From the IMG/VR virus record IMGVR_UViG_3300009285_004753, positions 28,280 to 92,279 of that record: 64,000 nucleotides of DNA. One strand, given 5' to 3'. The notes below the pieces were generated by a model that made no database searches, was not told where the DNA came from, and saw only the letters and a list, made by a program, of their open reading frames with translations. Positions 46,794 to 56,338 of the stretch are shown here, piece after piece. Each line of letters opens with the position of its first letter. Position 1 is the first letter of the stretch. The position numbers were made by a program, and so were the translations under genes. Origin of the DNA: a virus.

Positions 46794-47494
46794 GCCCTCA
46801 GCGGCACGCCGATCTCGCCGATCCTGTTACGCAGTTCCTGCTCCAACAGCGGCAACTCGTCCTTTGCTTCCTGAAGCAGGGCGGGACCGTCCATTTGAAA
46901 CTCGTGCTCGGCCCCGCGGACGACGGCGTACTTCGACCGCTGTCGCCCGAGCGGCATCTTCGCCGTCGCCAGCGTGTACCGCAGAAACCAGTCCTCGTCA
47001 TCAGGCAGTATATCCGTCACAGCCCGATCTTCCAGATACGTGTAGACGCCGGTCGTACTCTCAGTAACGTTGGATGCGATCCACAGCGTGTGTGTGTCAC
47101 GCTCCCAATCCCACTCCAGATTTGCCGACAGTACCTGTGCCGCTAGAGCCAAGTGCGCTCGGTCCGTAATGAACTCGTCGAGTCTGAGCGGCTGTCGAAC
47201 CATCTGATACGGGTTGAAGATGTCAACCGACGCAAGAACCGGACGCGCACGCGGCTTCAGTTGGAAGTCTACCAGACCTTTACCGTATGTCGTCAACACG
47301 TATTTCTGTACTCCGGCTGTCACGGCGATCTGTGCTTCCTTACGAAACGGGCGATACCGATTGTACAGCCGCAATGCTTGATTCTGGCACTCAGTGATCA
47401 TGTTCGGTGTGAGTTCGACCACGACACCGGACGTGGTGTCCTGGCCGAGCATCCGCTTGACGTAATCACTTACGATAGTTGCTGAGAGTGCCAT
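46790..47494 (-). CDS. Neck/adaptor protein (gp13-like)
   Basis: YVKRMLG..VVVELT, WFLRYTLATAK..LGRQRSKY, DGPALLQEAKDEL. Confidence 0.85.
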   Translation of the reverse strand: MALSATIVSDYVKRMLGQDTTSGVVVELTPNMITECQNQALRLYNRYRPFRKEAQIAVTAGVQKYVLTTYGKGLVDFQLKPRARPVLASVDIFNPYQMVRQPLRLDEFITDRAHLALAAQVLSANLEWDWERDTHTLWIASNVTESTTGVYTYLEDRAVTDILPDDEDWFLRYTLATAKMPLGRQRSKYAVVRGAEHEFQMDGPALLQEAKDELPLLEQELRNRIGEIGVPLRA

Positions 47495-47513
47495 GTATTA
47501 GTGAGTGCTGCGA

Positions 47514-47560
47514 CTTGGGCCGGGAGACCCGGCGTCAGGGGGGAGGCCCCCCAGCCCAAG
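47514..47560 (-). terminator. Structured GC-rich element after the capsid gene (nested hairpins; attenuator or stability element)
   Basis: Outer stem CTTGGGC/GCCCAAG enclosing a G6-N3-C6 hairpin and a CGGG-N3-CCCG hairpin; no U-tract. Confidence 0.45.
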
Positions 47561-47578
47561 CGCGGGGACTGACGAACG

Positions 47579-48994
47579 TTACACCGGGAGCGAAGTACAG
47601 GTGCCAGTGCAGTAGAACCCGCCGTCCACGACCTTCTTGCCATACCTGCTCCAGATGCCGAAGCGGGTGAGGAAGTCGGTCAGGGTGACGGGCGGCACGT
47701 GCTCGAACATCTGGTACGGGGAGAAGATGTACCCGGTATCCCACATTTCCTCGCCCTTGTGCCCCATGCAGTACGTCGCGCGGGCCATGTACGAGTTGAT
47801 GTAGACTTCCCAGGTTCCGTTCAGCGTTCCGATGTGCTGGATGCCGCGGCCGGAGATCTTCTTGCCGTTGCCCTTGAAACCAGGCAAGGTCTCGATGACG
47901 TTGCAGACACCGACGCCGGCGACAATCCAGTCACCGCGTGCACGCTGCGTGGTCTCGTAAATCTTGTTGCTAGCACCGACCAGCGTGTCCACGATCGACA
48001 GCTTGTGCTCGGTGTACGACACTCCGGCGGGGGGGGTGGCACTCCACGCCACCTGCTGGTTGGTAGCAATCCTGATGCAGTCGTTGATGACCTTCTGGTC
48101 GATCTCGAACTTGGCCTGGCTCACCTGCGCTGACATCAGTTCGACATCGGCCGACTTGCCGTGCACAACCCTGAAGTCCATCGCCGATTCAAGCGACAAC
48201 TTGCTGATCAGCTTGTCAGTGACTGCGGTCACCGGCGAACCGGTGATCACGAAGTCAAGCTCGGCCTGAAGGCTATTGCCTTCGTTGTCATAGTCGTATG
48301 TCACGACGACGGCAGCGCCCGCGGTGGGAGCGGCAGTCCAGGTGATCGAGTACGCCCCGGTCGAGTAGTTGATCGTGCCCGTGCCGGAACCGGAGAGCAC
48401 ACCAGCGCCGTTGTCGGTCACGATCTGCGTATCGCCGTCGGAGAACAGCATGGTACCGGAGTGAACCGGAACCCATGACAGCGTACCGGCGAATACCTGC
48501 GTGGCACCGTCACCGGTACCGATCGACTCGCCTTCGATGGTCTTCGACCCGAAGTTCGTGCTCGGGTTGGTCAGGATGTCCTGCCCCGCCTTCGCTGCGC
48601 CCTTCGTGACGCCGTACAGGAACTTCATAAAGAAGACCATCGACGTCGGGCCGTTCATCGCCTGGATGGAGACCAGGTCGTGAGCGATCAGGTTCGGGAA
48701 CACCGCAGCGATGACCGGGTAGGACCAGCGGTCGAACGAGCCGACGTAGGAGAGACGGGTCGTCTCTTCCAGACTCCGGTAGTACACGTTCTGGTTGTGG
48801 AGGAGGAGGGCGGTCTGCTGCCGCTTCTTCTCGTCTTTGATCCCCTCCAGCAACTCGCCCATCGTCCACTTCATCGTGTTGCCGTCGGGCATCTTGCCCT
48901 CGTACAGGCAACGGTCCTTGCGGCTGACCAGCGACTCGCAGAGATTCTGGTTCTCCGTTACGCCGCGTTTGTACTCTTCGGAAAGGATGATCAT
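47579..48994 (-). CDS. Major capsid protein (T4 gp23-like)
   Basis: LIAHDLVSIQAMNGPTSMVFFMKFLY, ESAMDFRVVHG..ELM..FEIDQKVI, RGDWIV, GYIFSPY, RYG. Confidence 0.95.
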   Translation of the reverse strand: MIILSEEYKRGVTENQNLCESLVSRKDRCLYEGKMPDGNTMKWTMGELLEGIKDEKKRQQTALLLHNQNVYYRSLEETTRLSYVGSFDRWSYPVIAAVFPNLIAHDLVSIQAMNGPTSMVFFMKFLYGVTKGAAKAGQDILTNPSTNFGSKTIEGESIGTGDGATQVFAGTLSWVPVHSGTMLFSDGDTQIVTDNGAGVLSGSGTGTINYSTGAYSITWTAAPTAGAAVVVTYDYDNEGNSLQAELDFVITGSPVTAVTDKLISKLSLESAMDFRVVHGKSADVELMSAQVSQAKFEIDQKVINDCIRIATNQQVAWSATPPAGVSYTEHKLSIVDTLVGASNKIYETTQRARGDWIVAGVGVCNVIETLPGFKGNGKKISGRGIQHIGTLNGTWEVYINSYMARATYCMGHKGEEMWDTGYIFSPYQMFEHVPPVTLTDFLTRFGIWSRYGKKVVDGGFYCTGTCTSLPV

Positions 48995-49022
48995 CGTATA
49001 CTCCTTGGGTTTGAAGTCGTTG

Positions 49023-51380
49023 TCACCGCTGGACCTTGCTCCGGAAGATCGACATGATGTCTGCTGTTGCGGACACAGGCGAATTCAGGACGGGAAGTCC
49101 AGTATCCACACCCCGGTTCTGTCCGGGGAGAGGTTCACGTGAAGTAGAGTCGGCGGCTTCGTTCACATTCCGCCTGTTCCGCTTGATCTGCTGCATCGCC
49201 CGCTGCTTGGCTCCGCCGACACGGCGCGTCCGCTTGGCTTCGTCCTTCGACGACTCGTCGTCGGTTCCCCAGAAGCCGTAATCACTGCCGTCGCCCTCGG
49301 AGGCGCCGAAGTAGTGACCGGCGGGGGCGTGCTCGTCCAGGGCATCGAAGAGTTCAGCGAGGATGTCGGACGCAAGGTCCGACTGCCACCAGTCATCGTC
49401 TGCGCCCAGGTCGGACAGCGGTGTCTTCGCTGCATCCTTGATTTCCTGCTGGACCTGTTTCGCTTTGTCGGCGTCGAGATCCTCCAGTTCGTCCAGGAAG
49501 CGGGGAAGCAGATCCTGAAGCCGCATGGTGCCCCAGGAGATCGAACCGGGCGTCCCTGTCTTCTTTCCCGTGTCAGCAGCGGGAGGCGTGCTGGATTCCG
49601 GCGGCGGTGTCTCTTCGGCCTCGTTGATCTTCGCCTTCACGGCGGAACGTGCCGCTTCGTTGGTTGTGACGGACGCGAGCAAGCTGTCCAGGTCCGACTG
49701 CGGTACCGTCTTGGCCTGCGCACCGCCGAGCCAGCGGTTGATGTGCCGCGTAGTCGTGCTCGACCATGCCTTGTCGGTACGGAAGTTTTCGCCGCCCTTT
49801 GAATACGCTACGGGCGTCCTGTACGAGAACAGGATACGCGTGCCTCCGACGACGACCTCGTTCACATTCGGTCCGATCGGCGTCAGGCCCACACCCTCAG
49901 CGATCTGCTGCGGTTTGCGGTCTTCCTTCAACATGGAGTACGCCGGCGGTTTGCCCTTGGCATAAGCAGCACGAGCGATCAGCTTTCCGGTGCCATCCTT
50001 GTACTCCAGGACCGCCGTGTCGGGGTCAGTCGTATTCGGCTCGCCCTTCAGTCCTGCGACAGCACGAGAGAATTCCTCCTGTGTCGTCGCTTTCAGCGCG
50101 GGTACCTGTTCGTGAATCGGCTTCGCTGCGGAAACGGCAGCACCGCCCGTCTCACTCAGCGTCTTCCACACGCGGCGGACGTCCGACTTCGTCTTGCACT
50201 CACCGAGCAGGCGGCGCGCCATCGGGGCGAACGCGGGCTTCGTGTGCCGCAGCACAGCACCGGCAACACGCGCCGTTTCTCTCTGGTTGAGCGTGTCAAG
50301 CAGCGCTTCGAGAATGCGGCCCTCGGCCTTGGCGCGAGATTCGTACAGTTTGTACCGCTGAAGCATCTGAAGAGAACTGCCCAGCAGCCGTTCTGCCGAT
50401 TCAAGCCGCTTCGCCAGCATGACATTATCCTGTGCCGATTCTGCAACAGGGCGAATTGCTGTTCCAGTTGCATTGCAATGCGGGCACGTCAACGGCCCGC
50501 CTTCAGGCAGCGATCTGCCGTCGCGCACGAACTCTTTGTGACACGATTCACACTTGTACTTCTTCGACGCCGCCTGTGACATCACAAAAGCGATGTCCTT
50601 TTTCATGCTGTCCGTGGCTTCGGTAAGTGCGGTGATCGCTGTCATTACTCGTTCGATTTCTGCGTGCGGCATAGCGGCCCCTTCCCCATTGGCTCTCTGC
50701 GAGAGCTTGGCGAGAGCATGTTCTACCAATACGGAGTCTCGGATCTCCGCCCCTAACGACGCACATTTTTCAATCACCTTAGTGTCAGTGGCCTCGTTTA
50801 TCAGTTTCAGCAGCGGTTCGCGCACACGCGTTCGTTCCTCGGCCTCTTTCGCTTCGGAGAGCACACGTGGGTACGCTCCGGGGGTGGACGGCTCCAAAAC
50901 GAAGTCCCAGGTAGACAGCGCGTAGTCTGCTTCGTTCACGACTTCAAGCCCGTTCTCGACAATAGTCGATCCTTTACCTCGGGATGACGTTCCGAGACCG
51001 GCCTTCGCGCGGTGCAGCGTAGCGGCAACGTGCCCGTGCGGTGTGTCGAGAATGTCATACTGGCAGTACACCGACCCGTCAGGTTCCAGCCGCGCTTCGG
51101 TAACGATATGCGACACGTCTTCGGGTTTCGACGCGTCTTCATCTTTCGGGTGTCCCAACTTCCCGAACATCCGACGTTCGGCGATCTTTGTCTTAATCGC
51201 GGGATCGTTCAGCGTTTTCTCCCACAGGGACCGCTTGTACACCCTGTTGTTCTCGTTCTTCGTATCGGACGTCTGCGAGCGCCCACCGACGCGCATGATG
51301 ATGCCGGGCGGCAGTGATCTGCGGTCTTCGGTCATCACCGTGTAGCTCGGATAGTAAGTATCGACGATAGGCTGTAGCAT
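49023..51380 (-). CDS. Prohead protease (T4 gp21-like) fused to scaffold and extra cargo domains
   Basis: QTSDTKNENNRVY, FGKLGHP, VSHIV, ILDTPHG, GTSSRGKGS, WDFVLEPSTPGAYP, followed by ~600 further residues. Confidence 0.9.
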   Translation of the reverse strand: MLQPIVDTYYPSYTVMTEDRRSLPPGIIMRVGGRSQTSDTKNENNRVYKRSLWEKTLNDPAIKTKIAERRMFGKLGHPKDEDASKPEDVSHIVTEARLEPDGSVYCQYDILDTPHGHVAATLHRAKAGLGTSSRGKGSTIVENGLEVVNEADYALSTWDFVLEPSTPGAYPRVLSEAKEAEERTRVREPLLKLINEATDTKVIEKCASLGAEIRDSVLVEHALAKLSQRANGEGAAMPHAEIERVMTAITALTEATDSMKKDIAFVMSQAASKKYKCESCHKEFVRDGRSLPEGGPLTCPHCNATGTAIRPVAESAQDNVMLAKRLESAERLLGSSLQMLQRYKLYESRAKAEGRILEALLDTLNQRETARVAGAVLRHTKPAFAPMARRLLGECKTKSDVRRVWKTLSETGGAAVSAAKPIHEQVPALKATTQEEFSRAVAGLKGEPNTTDPDTAVLEYKDGTGKLIARAAYAKGKPPAYSMLKEDRKPQQIAEGVGLTPIGPNVNEVVVGGTRILFSYRTPVAYSKGGENFRTDKAWSSTTTRHINRWLGGAQAKTVPQSDLDSLLASVTTNEAARSAVKAKINEAEETPPPESSTPPAADTGKKTGTPGSISWGTMRLQDLLPRFLDELEDLDADKAKQVQQEIKDAAKTPLSDLGADDDWWQSDLASDILAELFDALDEHAPAGHYFGASEGDGSDYGFWGTDDESSKDEAKRTRRVGGAKQRAMQQIKRNRRNVNEAADSTSREPLPGQNRGVDTGLPVLNSPVSATADIMSIFRSKVQR

Positions 51381-51389
51381 ATCTGCCTC

Positions 51390-52793
51390 CTAGTTTTCCG
51401 GTAGGTCCAACTGTGTAGCCAGCAACGCCGCGTATTCACGGGTCCACCAGCCGACATTTGCAATTTCAAACAGGGTTGTACGCGTCCCCCGCAGTACGCT
51501 GTGGATCTGATTGTCTGCGGTAACCATGGCCCGCGCTTTCTGCACGAACTGCGTGAACCATGATGTCAGGCTTTTCGTTGTAATTGCTTTGACCTCCGGC
51601 GAAACAACGAGATCGGCGACTGCGCGTAAGAAACTTTCCAGCAGATTCCGCGACGATGTGCTGCCCCCGCCCTTCAAGACGTCTGACGGGATGTAGCCTT
51701 GGATCACGTCCACTGTCAGGCCGAGCGTTGTTTGCACTTCTTTCGTTGTCGTATTACCGACAATAGACCGGAGCACGACGGCGAAAACCCGGCCGATGCC
51801 CGGCTGTAATGCGCGCTGCACTGTAGCGCGGAACAGGCCGGATAATAGGCTCTTGCGGAATGCTGGATCAAACTCACCCCCCAACTGCTGACGGAGCACC
51901 GACACAAAATGCAGGATACCCTCCATCGGACCGGGATGCGCCATACTCTGCATCCACGGAGCGAATACCTGCATGAGGAGATGCCGTACCGTTGCTTCCA
52001 TTTCCGCTATCCCAGCCGATGCCAGCTTTGCGGCCAGATCAGACGCATCGGTGTAGCCGGGAGTACCGAACAGGCGTAACCGCTTCAACCACGCGTGTGT
52101 CTGCGGTGTAACGTAGGCGGCAGCGCCGGATTCGTATTCCTTGTTATCGAGCACTTCCAACACATGCAACGGGCGCATCGAGAAGAACACCGCTTGCGTC
52201 GGTTCGTTACCGTGTATGACTGCCAGCCCCGGATCAAGAACACCGTCGAACCCAAGAATTGAGCGAAAAACAGAGTTCCACTTGTTCGGGTTGTTGGCTA
52301 CCAGCAAGCGGGTCACGTTCCAGAGTTTACCGGCAGGTGTACCCACTCGGGCACAGCGTTCCCAAGCGGGAAAATCGGAATCCATTCGCTCTTGCGCCTC
52401 AGCCGCTGACGCCGTAGATCCGTCTGCTTTGTACCGCGCTAATGTAGGCTTCATCGCGGCGTACTGTGCTGGTGTCAGGGACTCCAGGTTCAAGAAGTTT
52501 GTATCCGGCTTCACCTGTAACACGTACACCAGTGGGCGGGATTGACCGTAGGGCACGCGCATCTGACCGTGTTGAATGGCGTAGTCGATGGGATACGCGT
52601 AGATGCCGTTCGGCGTGTTGAATGTAGATTTCGGGTTGATGCCGATCTTCGGAGCACCACCAACAGGATCACGGAACGACACGAACACGTCAGCACGCCC
52701 TCTGTACTTCGCTAGCCGATCAGAAACAGGCTCACGCGGCAGATCAACAGCACGCCGTTCGACCAGTGACTGGAATGTAGACAGCGCAGTCAT
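51390..52793 (-). CDS. Putative internal protein with divergent ART-PolyVal-like domain (paralog A)
   Basis: Leader STFQSLVE; FVSF..GINPKSTFNTPNGIYAYP..GFDGV..IHGNEPTQAVFF. Confidence 0.55.
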   Translation of the reverse strand: MTALSTFQSLVERRAVDLPREPVSDRLAKYRGRADVFVSFRDPVGGAPKIGINPKSTFNTPNGIYAYPIDYAIQHGQMRVPYGQSRPLVYVLQVKPDTNFLNLESLTPAQYAAMKPTLARYKADGSTASAAEAQERMDSDFPAWERCARVGTPAGKLWNVTRLLVANNPNKWNSVFRSILGFDGVLDPGLAVIHGNEPTQAVFFSMRPLHVLEVLDNKEYESGAAAYVTPQTHAWLKRLRLFGTPGYTDASDLAAKLASAGIAEMEATVRHLLMQVFAPWMQSMAHPGPMEGILHFVSVLRQQLGGEFDPAFRKSLLSGLFRATVQRALQPGIGRVFAVVLRSIVGNTTTKEVQTTLGLTVDVIQGYIPSDVLKGGGSTSSRNLLESFLRAVADLVVSPEVKAITTKSLTSWFTQFVQKARAMVTADNQIHSVLRGTRTTLFEIANVGWWTREYAALLATQLDLPEN

Positions 52794-54664
52794 GCTGCCG
52801 CCTGGTTCAGTTCCTGCTGCCGGTCATGCGCTACGTCTACCAATCGATCGAACAGCGGCCCCACGAGGCGGGCACGGGACGCCAACGACACGACCGCCTC
52901 CAAGTCAGTGGCCGATGTAAGCCGTCGCGTAGCAGCGAAGATCGGAGGGAGTGCGTCGCTCAGGACGCCCGCGTAGTACCGCATCGGCGAAACCAACGGA
53001 AGTGGCGACAGTAGCAATTGCAGCGCTGCAACGGGCGGCAAACCACGCGACACTGCTGAAATTGCTGCCGGAGCATCTGGCACACGGAACCCAGCGCCAA
53101 TCATGCGAACCAGAAGCGCGACGGCGCGGTATTGCTTCGCTGTCTCGGATGATTCAAGCGCGGTGATCGCTTCAGCCTCGGCGCGCTGAATCAGTGTAGC
53201 GAACCCGGATTGCATTGATGCGACAAGATCGTCCGCAACCGACCGATCCGATGCATCAGCCGGGATTGAAGTAGAACGGCCCTGCTGCAACCAAGTGGCA
53301 ATAACAGACAGCACCCGGTCCTCGATGTCCTGGTCCAGATCCTTTTCTAGTAGACCAAGCGCCCGGTACAACTGACGGGCAGTAGTGATATAGCGTAATC
53401 GTGGGAACACGGTACCGCCGGGGTGTAACAACAAAGAGGGAGCGTCAAGCGCCGCTGCTTGACGGAGTCGATCGAACAGAGCGCTGGACGCCTTCCACAC
53501 TGTCACAGCGTCAGCAAGAGCAGAAGGGAGGGACTGACTAGCCAGCGCCCCGGCGATAATACGAGACGCGAGTGAACCAGCTTGCGCGTCCGACAGTACC
53601 CGCGACCATGCCAGCACACCTAGTTCGACAAGAGAGACGAACTCGGTGTGGGTAGCGTAACGCCACAGCACAGCGGCGAGTTCAGGATTATGGTTCCCTT
53701 CAAGCACAAGGCGACGTGCAATATTCAACCTCTCTGCCGTAACTGCCGCACCCCCGGATTTCGGGTCTATACCGATCCAGTCCAGCGCCGATCTAGCGGC
53801 AGTCCCGGTCATTTCCGGCAGTTCCTGTATCAGCGCTTCAATATTCAAGTACGTCTTACGCCGGAGGACGTTCGGTTCAAGCGTGACGACGTCAAATGCT
53901 TTGACGGAGAAGAATACGGCCTGCGTCGGCTCACTCGGATGGATGATACCAGCACCAAGGTCCACGACGCCTTCAACCCCGAGCAAAGTGCGAAAGATCC
54001 AGTTCCATTTGTTCGGGTTCCGCTTCGCCGCCATGCGGGTGATATTCCAGAGTCGTCCGCCGTAGCTCTTCTGCCGAGCTTGATTCGACCACTGATTGAC
54101 GGCTGACTCCGGCGATAGGCTGCGATCGTCGGAGCTATCGTCGTCTTCACCTGCTAATTCGTCTGCTGCGAAATTCTGCTGCACGTAATCAAGCAGTACG
54201 GCACGGTACCTGTCGAAGTCGGTAGACGCTAGGGCCTGGATATCCGGGATAAAAGAAACACCGTGCTTCCGCCGCAGCACGGCAACGACCGGCCTGTCAC
54301 TACCGTATGGTGTGTTAAGCCGCACTTGTCCGCCATATTCATCCCACACTTCGCGCAGCGGATAGGTATAGACGCCGTTGGGTGTGCCGAAAGTTGACTT
54401 CGGGTTGATACCGATACGGGTAGCCAGCGGCAGACTCGACTTCCGTTTCTGCATGAGGTCGGCCTGTGCTTTGATCAATTCGCGTTTAGTCGGTATGAAT
54501 CCGGGACGCATTACAGGCGGCGGAACAGGCGTCAGATCGCGGAACGAGACGAAGATGTCCGGGTCGTCCTTGTACTGTCGAAGTGCATCGTAAATCGTAG
54601 CGCGGGGACCGCTGTCGATTGAACGGCGTTCAGCCAGGGAACGGAACGTATTCCGCTCGTTCAT
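52790..54664 (-). CDS. Putative internal protein with divergent ART-PolyVal-like domain (paralog B)
   Basis: Leader NTFRSLAE; FVSF..GINPKSTFGTPNGVYTYP..GVEGV..IHPSEPTQAVFF. Confidence 0.55.
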   Translation of the reverse strand: MNERNTFRSLAERRSIDSGPRATIYDALRQYKDDPDIFVSFRDLTPVPPPVMRPGFIPTKRELIKAQADLMQKRKSSLPLATRIGINPKSTFGTPNGVYTYPLREVWDEYGGQVRLNTPYGSDRPVVAVLRRKHGVSFIPDIQALASTDFDRYRAVLLDYVQQNFAADELAGEDDDSSDDRSLSPESAVNQWSNQARQKSYGGRLWNITRMAAKRNPNKWNWIFRTLLGVEGVVDLGAGIIHPSEPTQAVFFSVKAFDVVTLEPNVLRRKTYLNIEALIQELPEMTGTAARSALDWIGIDPKSGGAAVTAERLNIARRLVLEGNHNPELAAVLWRYATHTEFVSLVELGVLAWSRVLSDAQAGSLASRIIAGALASQSLPSALADAVTVWKASSALFDRLRQAAALDAPSLLLHPGGTVFPRLRYITTARQLYRALGLLEKDLDQDIEDRVLSVIATWLQQGRSTSIPADASDRSVADDLVASMQSGFATLIQRAEAEAITALESSETAKQYRAVALLVRMIGAGFRVPDAPAAISAVSRGLPPVAALQLLLSPLPLVSPMRYYAGVLSDALPPIFAATRRLTSATDLEAVVSLASRARLVGPLFDRLVDVAHDRQQELNQAAA

Positions 54665-55458
54665 TTCTGCGATTTCCGCAACAAGTCCATCATCGACGGC
54701 TCTTGCTCTTTTCCGTTGCGCTGTTTATCCAATACGTCCGTCACACCCTGTGCCGGGTCGTCCGCCCCCCCATGTTGCGCGTTCCAACGGGCGAGCCTGC
54801 GGTAGAACGCCTTACCCGCGGCCGACTTCGTCCACTTCTCTACACCGGACCTGTACTGCTCCCGCTTCAGCCTGTGCGCTTTCTTAGCAGCGGCGGACAG
54901 TGTCGGATCAGGTAATCCCTTTCGATCGCGGTCGCGTTGTACCAGCCCAACACTTTCAGCGACGGGGTCTAGGTCGATCTCCGGACCTTGGATGCCCTGC
55001 GATATTTCGACGATGTACATCCGCATCGCCCTGCTGGCAACACCAGGGTTCGTGGGGCCTGCGATGGAGAGTACCAGTCCGGGGCCAGTATACTCGGGTA
55101 GTCTGTCGGGGGCCTGTGCCAACCACATCTTCGCCCCCTGCGCCACCTGCACGTAAGCCAGTCCGTCCTTGTGCTTCACCTGCAACGTGCACTCTCCCTC
55201 AGCCGGCAGTACACCGGTCAGGACACCAGAGAGAAAAACCTTGTACAGGTTTCGCACACCGGTGATCTTCGGCAGCTTCCTTTCGGACGCGCCTTCACAC
55301 AACATGCGGTTGATGTCACAGTGCTCCACGATGTTCTGCCGCTTTACCCGTTGCCGATGCCCGAGCGGGCAGACGATGTCGTACTCTGACCCGTCTTGCT
55401 TCCAGTTGATCCTGCGAGCAGCAGTACCGCAGGTCGAGCATGTCAGTGGGCCGGTCAT
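54661..55458 (-). CDS. Hypothetical protein with N-terminal Zn ribbon and basic core-like C-terminus
   Basis: CSTC..CPLGH; KAHRLKREQYR..GKAFYRRLARWN. Confidence 0.6.
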   Translation of the reverse strand: MTGPLTCSTCGTAARRINWKQDGSEYDIVCPLGHRQRVKRQNIVEHCDINRMLCEGASERKLPKITGVRNLYKVFLSGVLTGVLPAEGECTLQVKHKDGLAYVQVAQGAKMWLAQAPDRLPEYTGPGLVLSIAGPTNPGVASRAMRMYIVEISQGIQGPEIDLDPVAESVGLVQRDRDRKGLPDPTLSAAAKKAHRLKREQYRSGVEKWTKSAAGKAFYRRLARWNAQHGGADDPAQGVTDVLDKQRNGKEQEPSMMDLLRKSQK

Positions 55459-56168
55459 GCTTGCGGCGCCACAGGGGCTATGACAGGGGCGTTTACCGCC
55501 GGCGGCAGAGCAGTAGGAGCGCCGGCGGAATCAGACGGGACCGGCTTACGCTGCTCTGCGTTACTGAGTTCAGCTTCTACTTCGCTCCAAGCGCGCTCAT
55601 AGTCGGAAGGCATCACCGCCCCCCCCCTACCAAGTCGATACTCCGTTGCACGGCGGAACATGTCACCGATTTCACTCACATCCAAACCGTATTGCCTTTT
55701 CGCCGCTGCAATCCGCGTTTTGAACTTCGCCCGCTGAATTCTGTCATTGATCCAGAGCAAACCCGCCCCGAGTCCGACACCGGTACCCAACGCAACGAGC
55801 GGTGCCGCCGTCAGCCCGGTAGCGAGTGCAACAGCACCGGCAGCACCCAAGCCCCCGGCGACACCTGCTGCGGTTACCTCATTGAGACCAGCTACCAGCG
55901 CGTCAGCGTCTGCTCCCTGCAACACGCGTTCAATCAGTCCCTGCGCCGTCCGCTGGTACCGCGTTTCCGCCGACTCTTCTTTCTTCAGCCCAAGCCGCTG
56001 CTGGACGATACCAGTCACGTAACTCCATGCCTGGTCGTCGAACTCGCTCTCTTTCTTGCCGAACTTCTCGGCAGCAGCCATCTTGGCTTCCTTCCAGTAC
56101 TGTTCGACGTTCTTGACCGGCTGCCCGGACTTGCGTGCGAGCGCGTACGACATTCCTGTAGGCATCAT
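55455..56168 (-). CDS. Putative head core protein with hydrophobic Gly/Ala segment
   Basis: MP..LARKSG..VEQYWKEAK..WSYVTGIV N-terminus recurrent in large phages; KEES and LNE sites. Confidence 0.55.
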   Translation of the reverse strand: MMPTGMSYALARKSGQPVKNVEQYWKEAKMAAAEKFGKKESEFDDQAWSYVTGIVQQRLGLKKEESAETRYQRTAQGLIERVLQGADADALVAGLNEVTAAGVAGGLGAAGAVALATGLTAAPLVALGTGVGLGAGLLWINDRIQRAKFKTRIAAAKRQYGLDVSEIGDMFRRATEYRLGRGGAVMPSDYERAWSEVEAELSNAEQRKPVPSDSAGAPTALPPAVNAPVIAPVAPQA

Positions 56169-56338
56169 CCACCTCCTGATTTTTTCACGATCCGGTCAAC
56201 GAACGACTGTCCGCTGAAATACACCGACACAATCCCGCCGAGCGTGTAGAGCGCAGCATCGGAAGCGTCAAACATCGACATCCCGGCAACAGCGGTGATC
56301 GCTACAACAGCGACGAGGAATTTGCGGAGTCCGATCAT
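56165..56338 (-). CDS. Unannotated 57-aa two-TM holin-like protein
   Basis: MIGLRKFLVAVVAITAVAGMSMFDASDAALYTLGGIVSVYFSGQSFVDRIVKKSGGG; ATGA overlaps at both ends. Confidence 0.7.
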   Translation of the reverse strand: MIGLRKFLVAVVAITAVAGMSMFDASDAALYTLGGIVSVYFSGQSFVDRIVKKSGGG

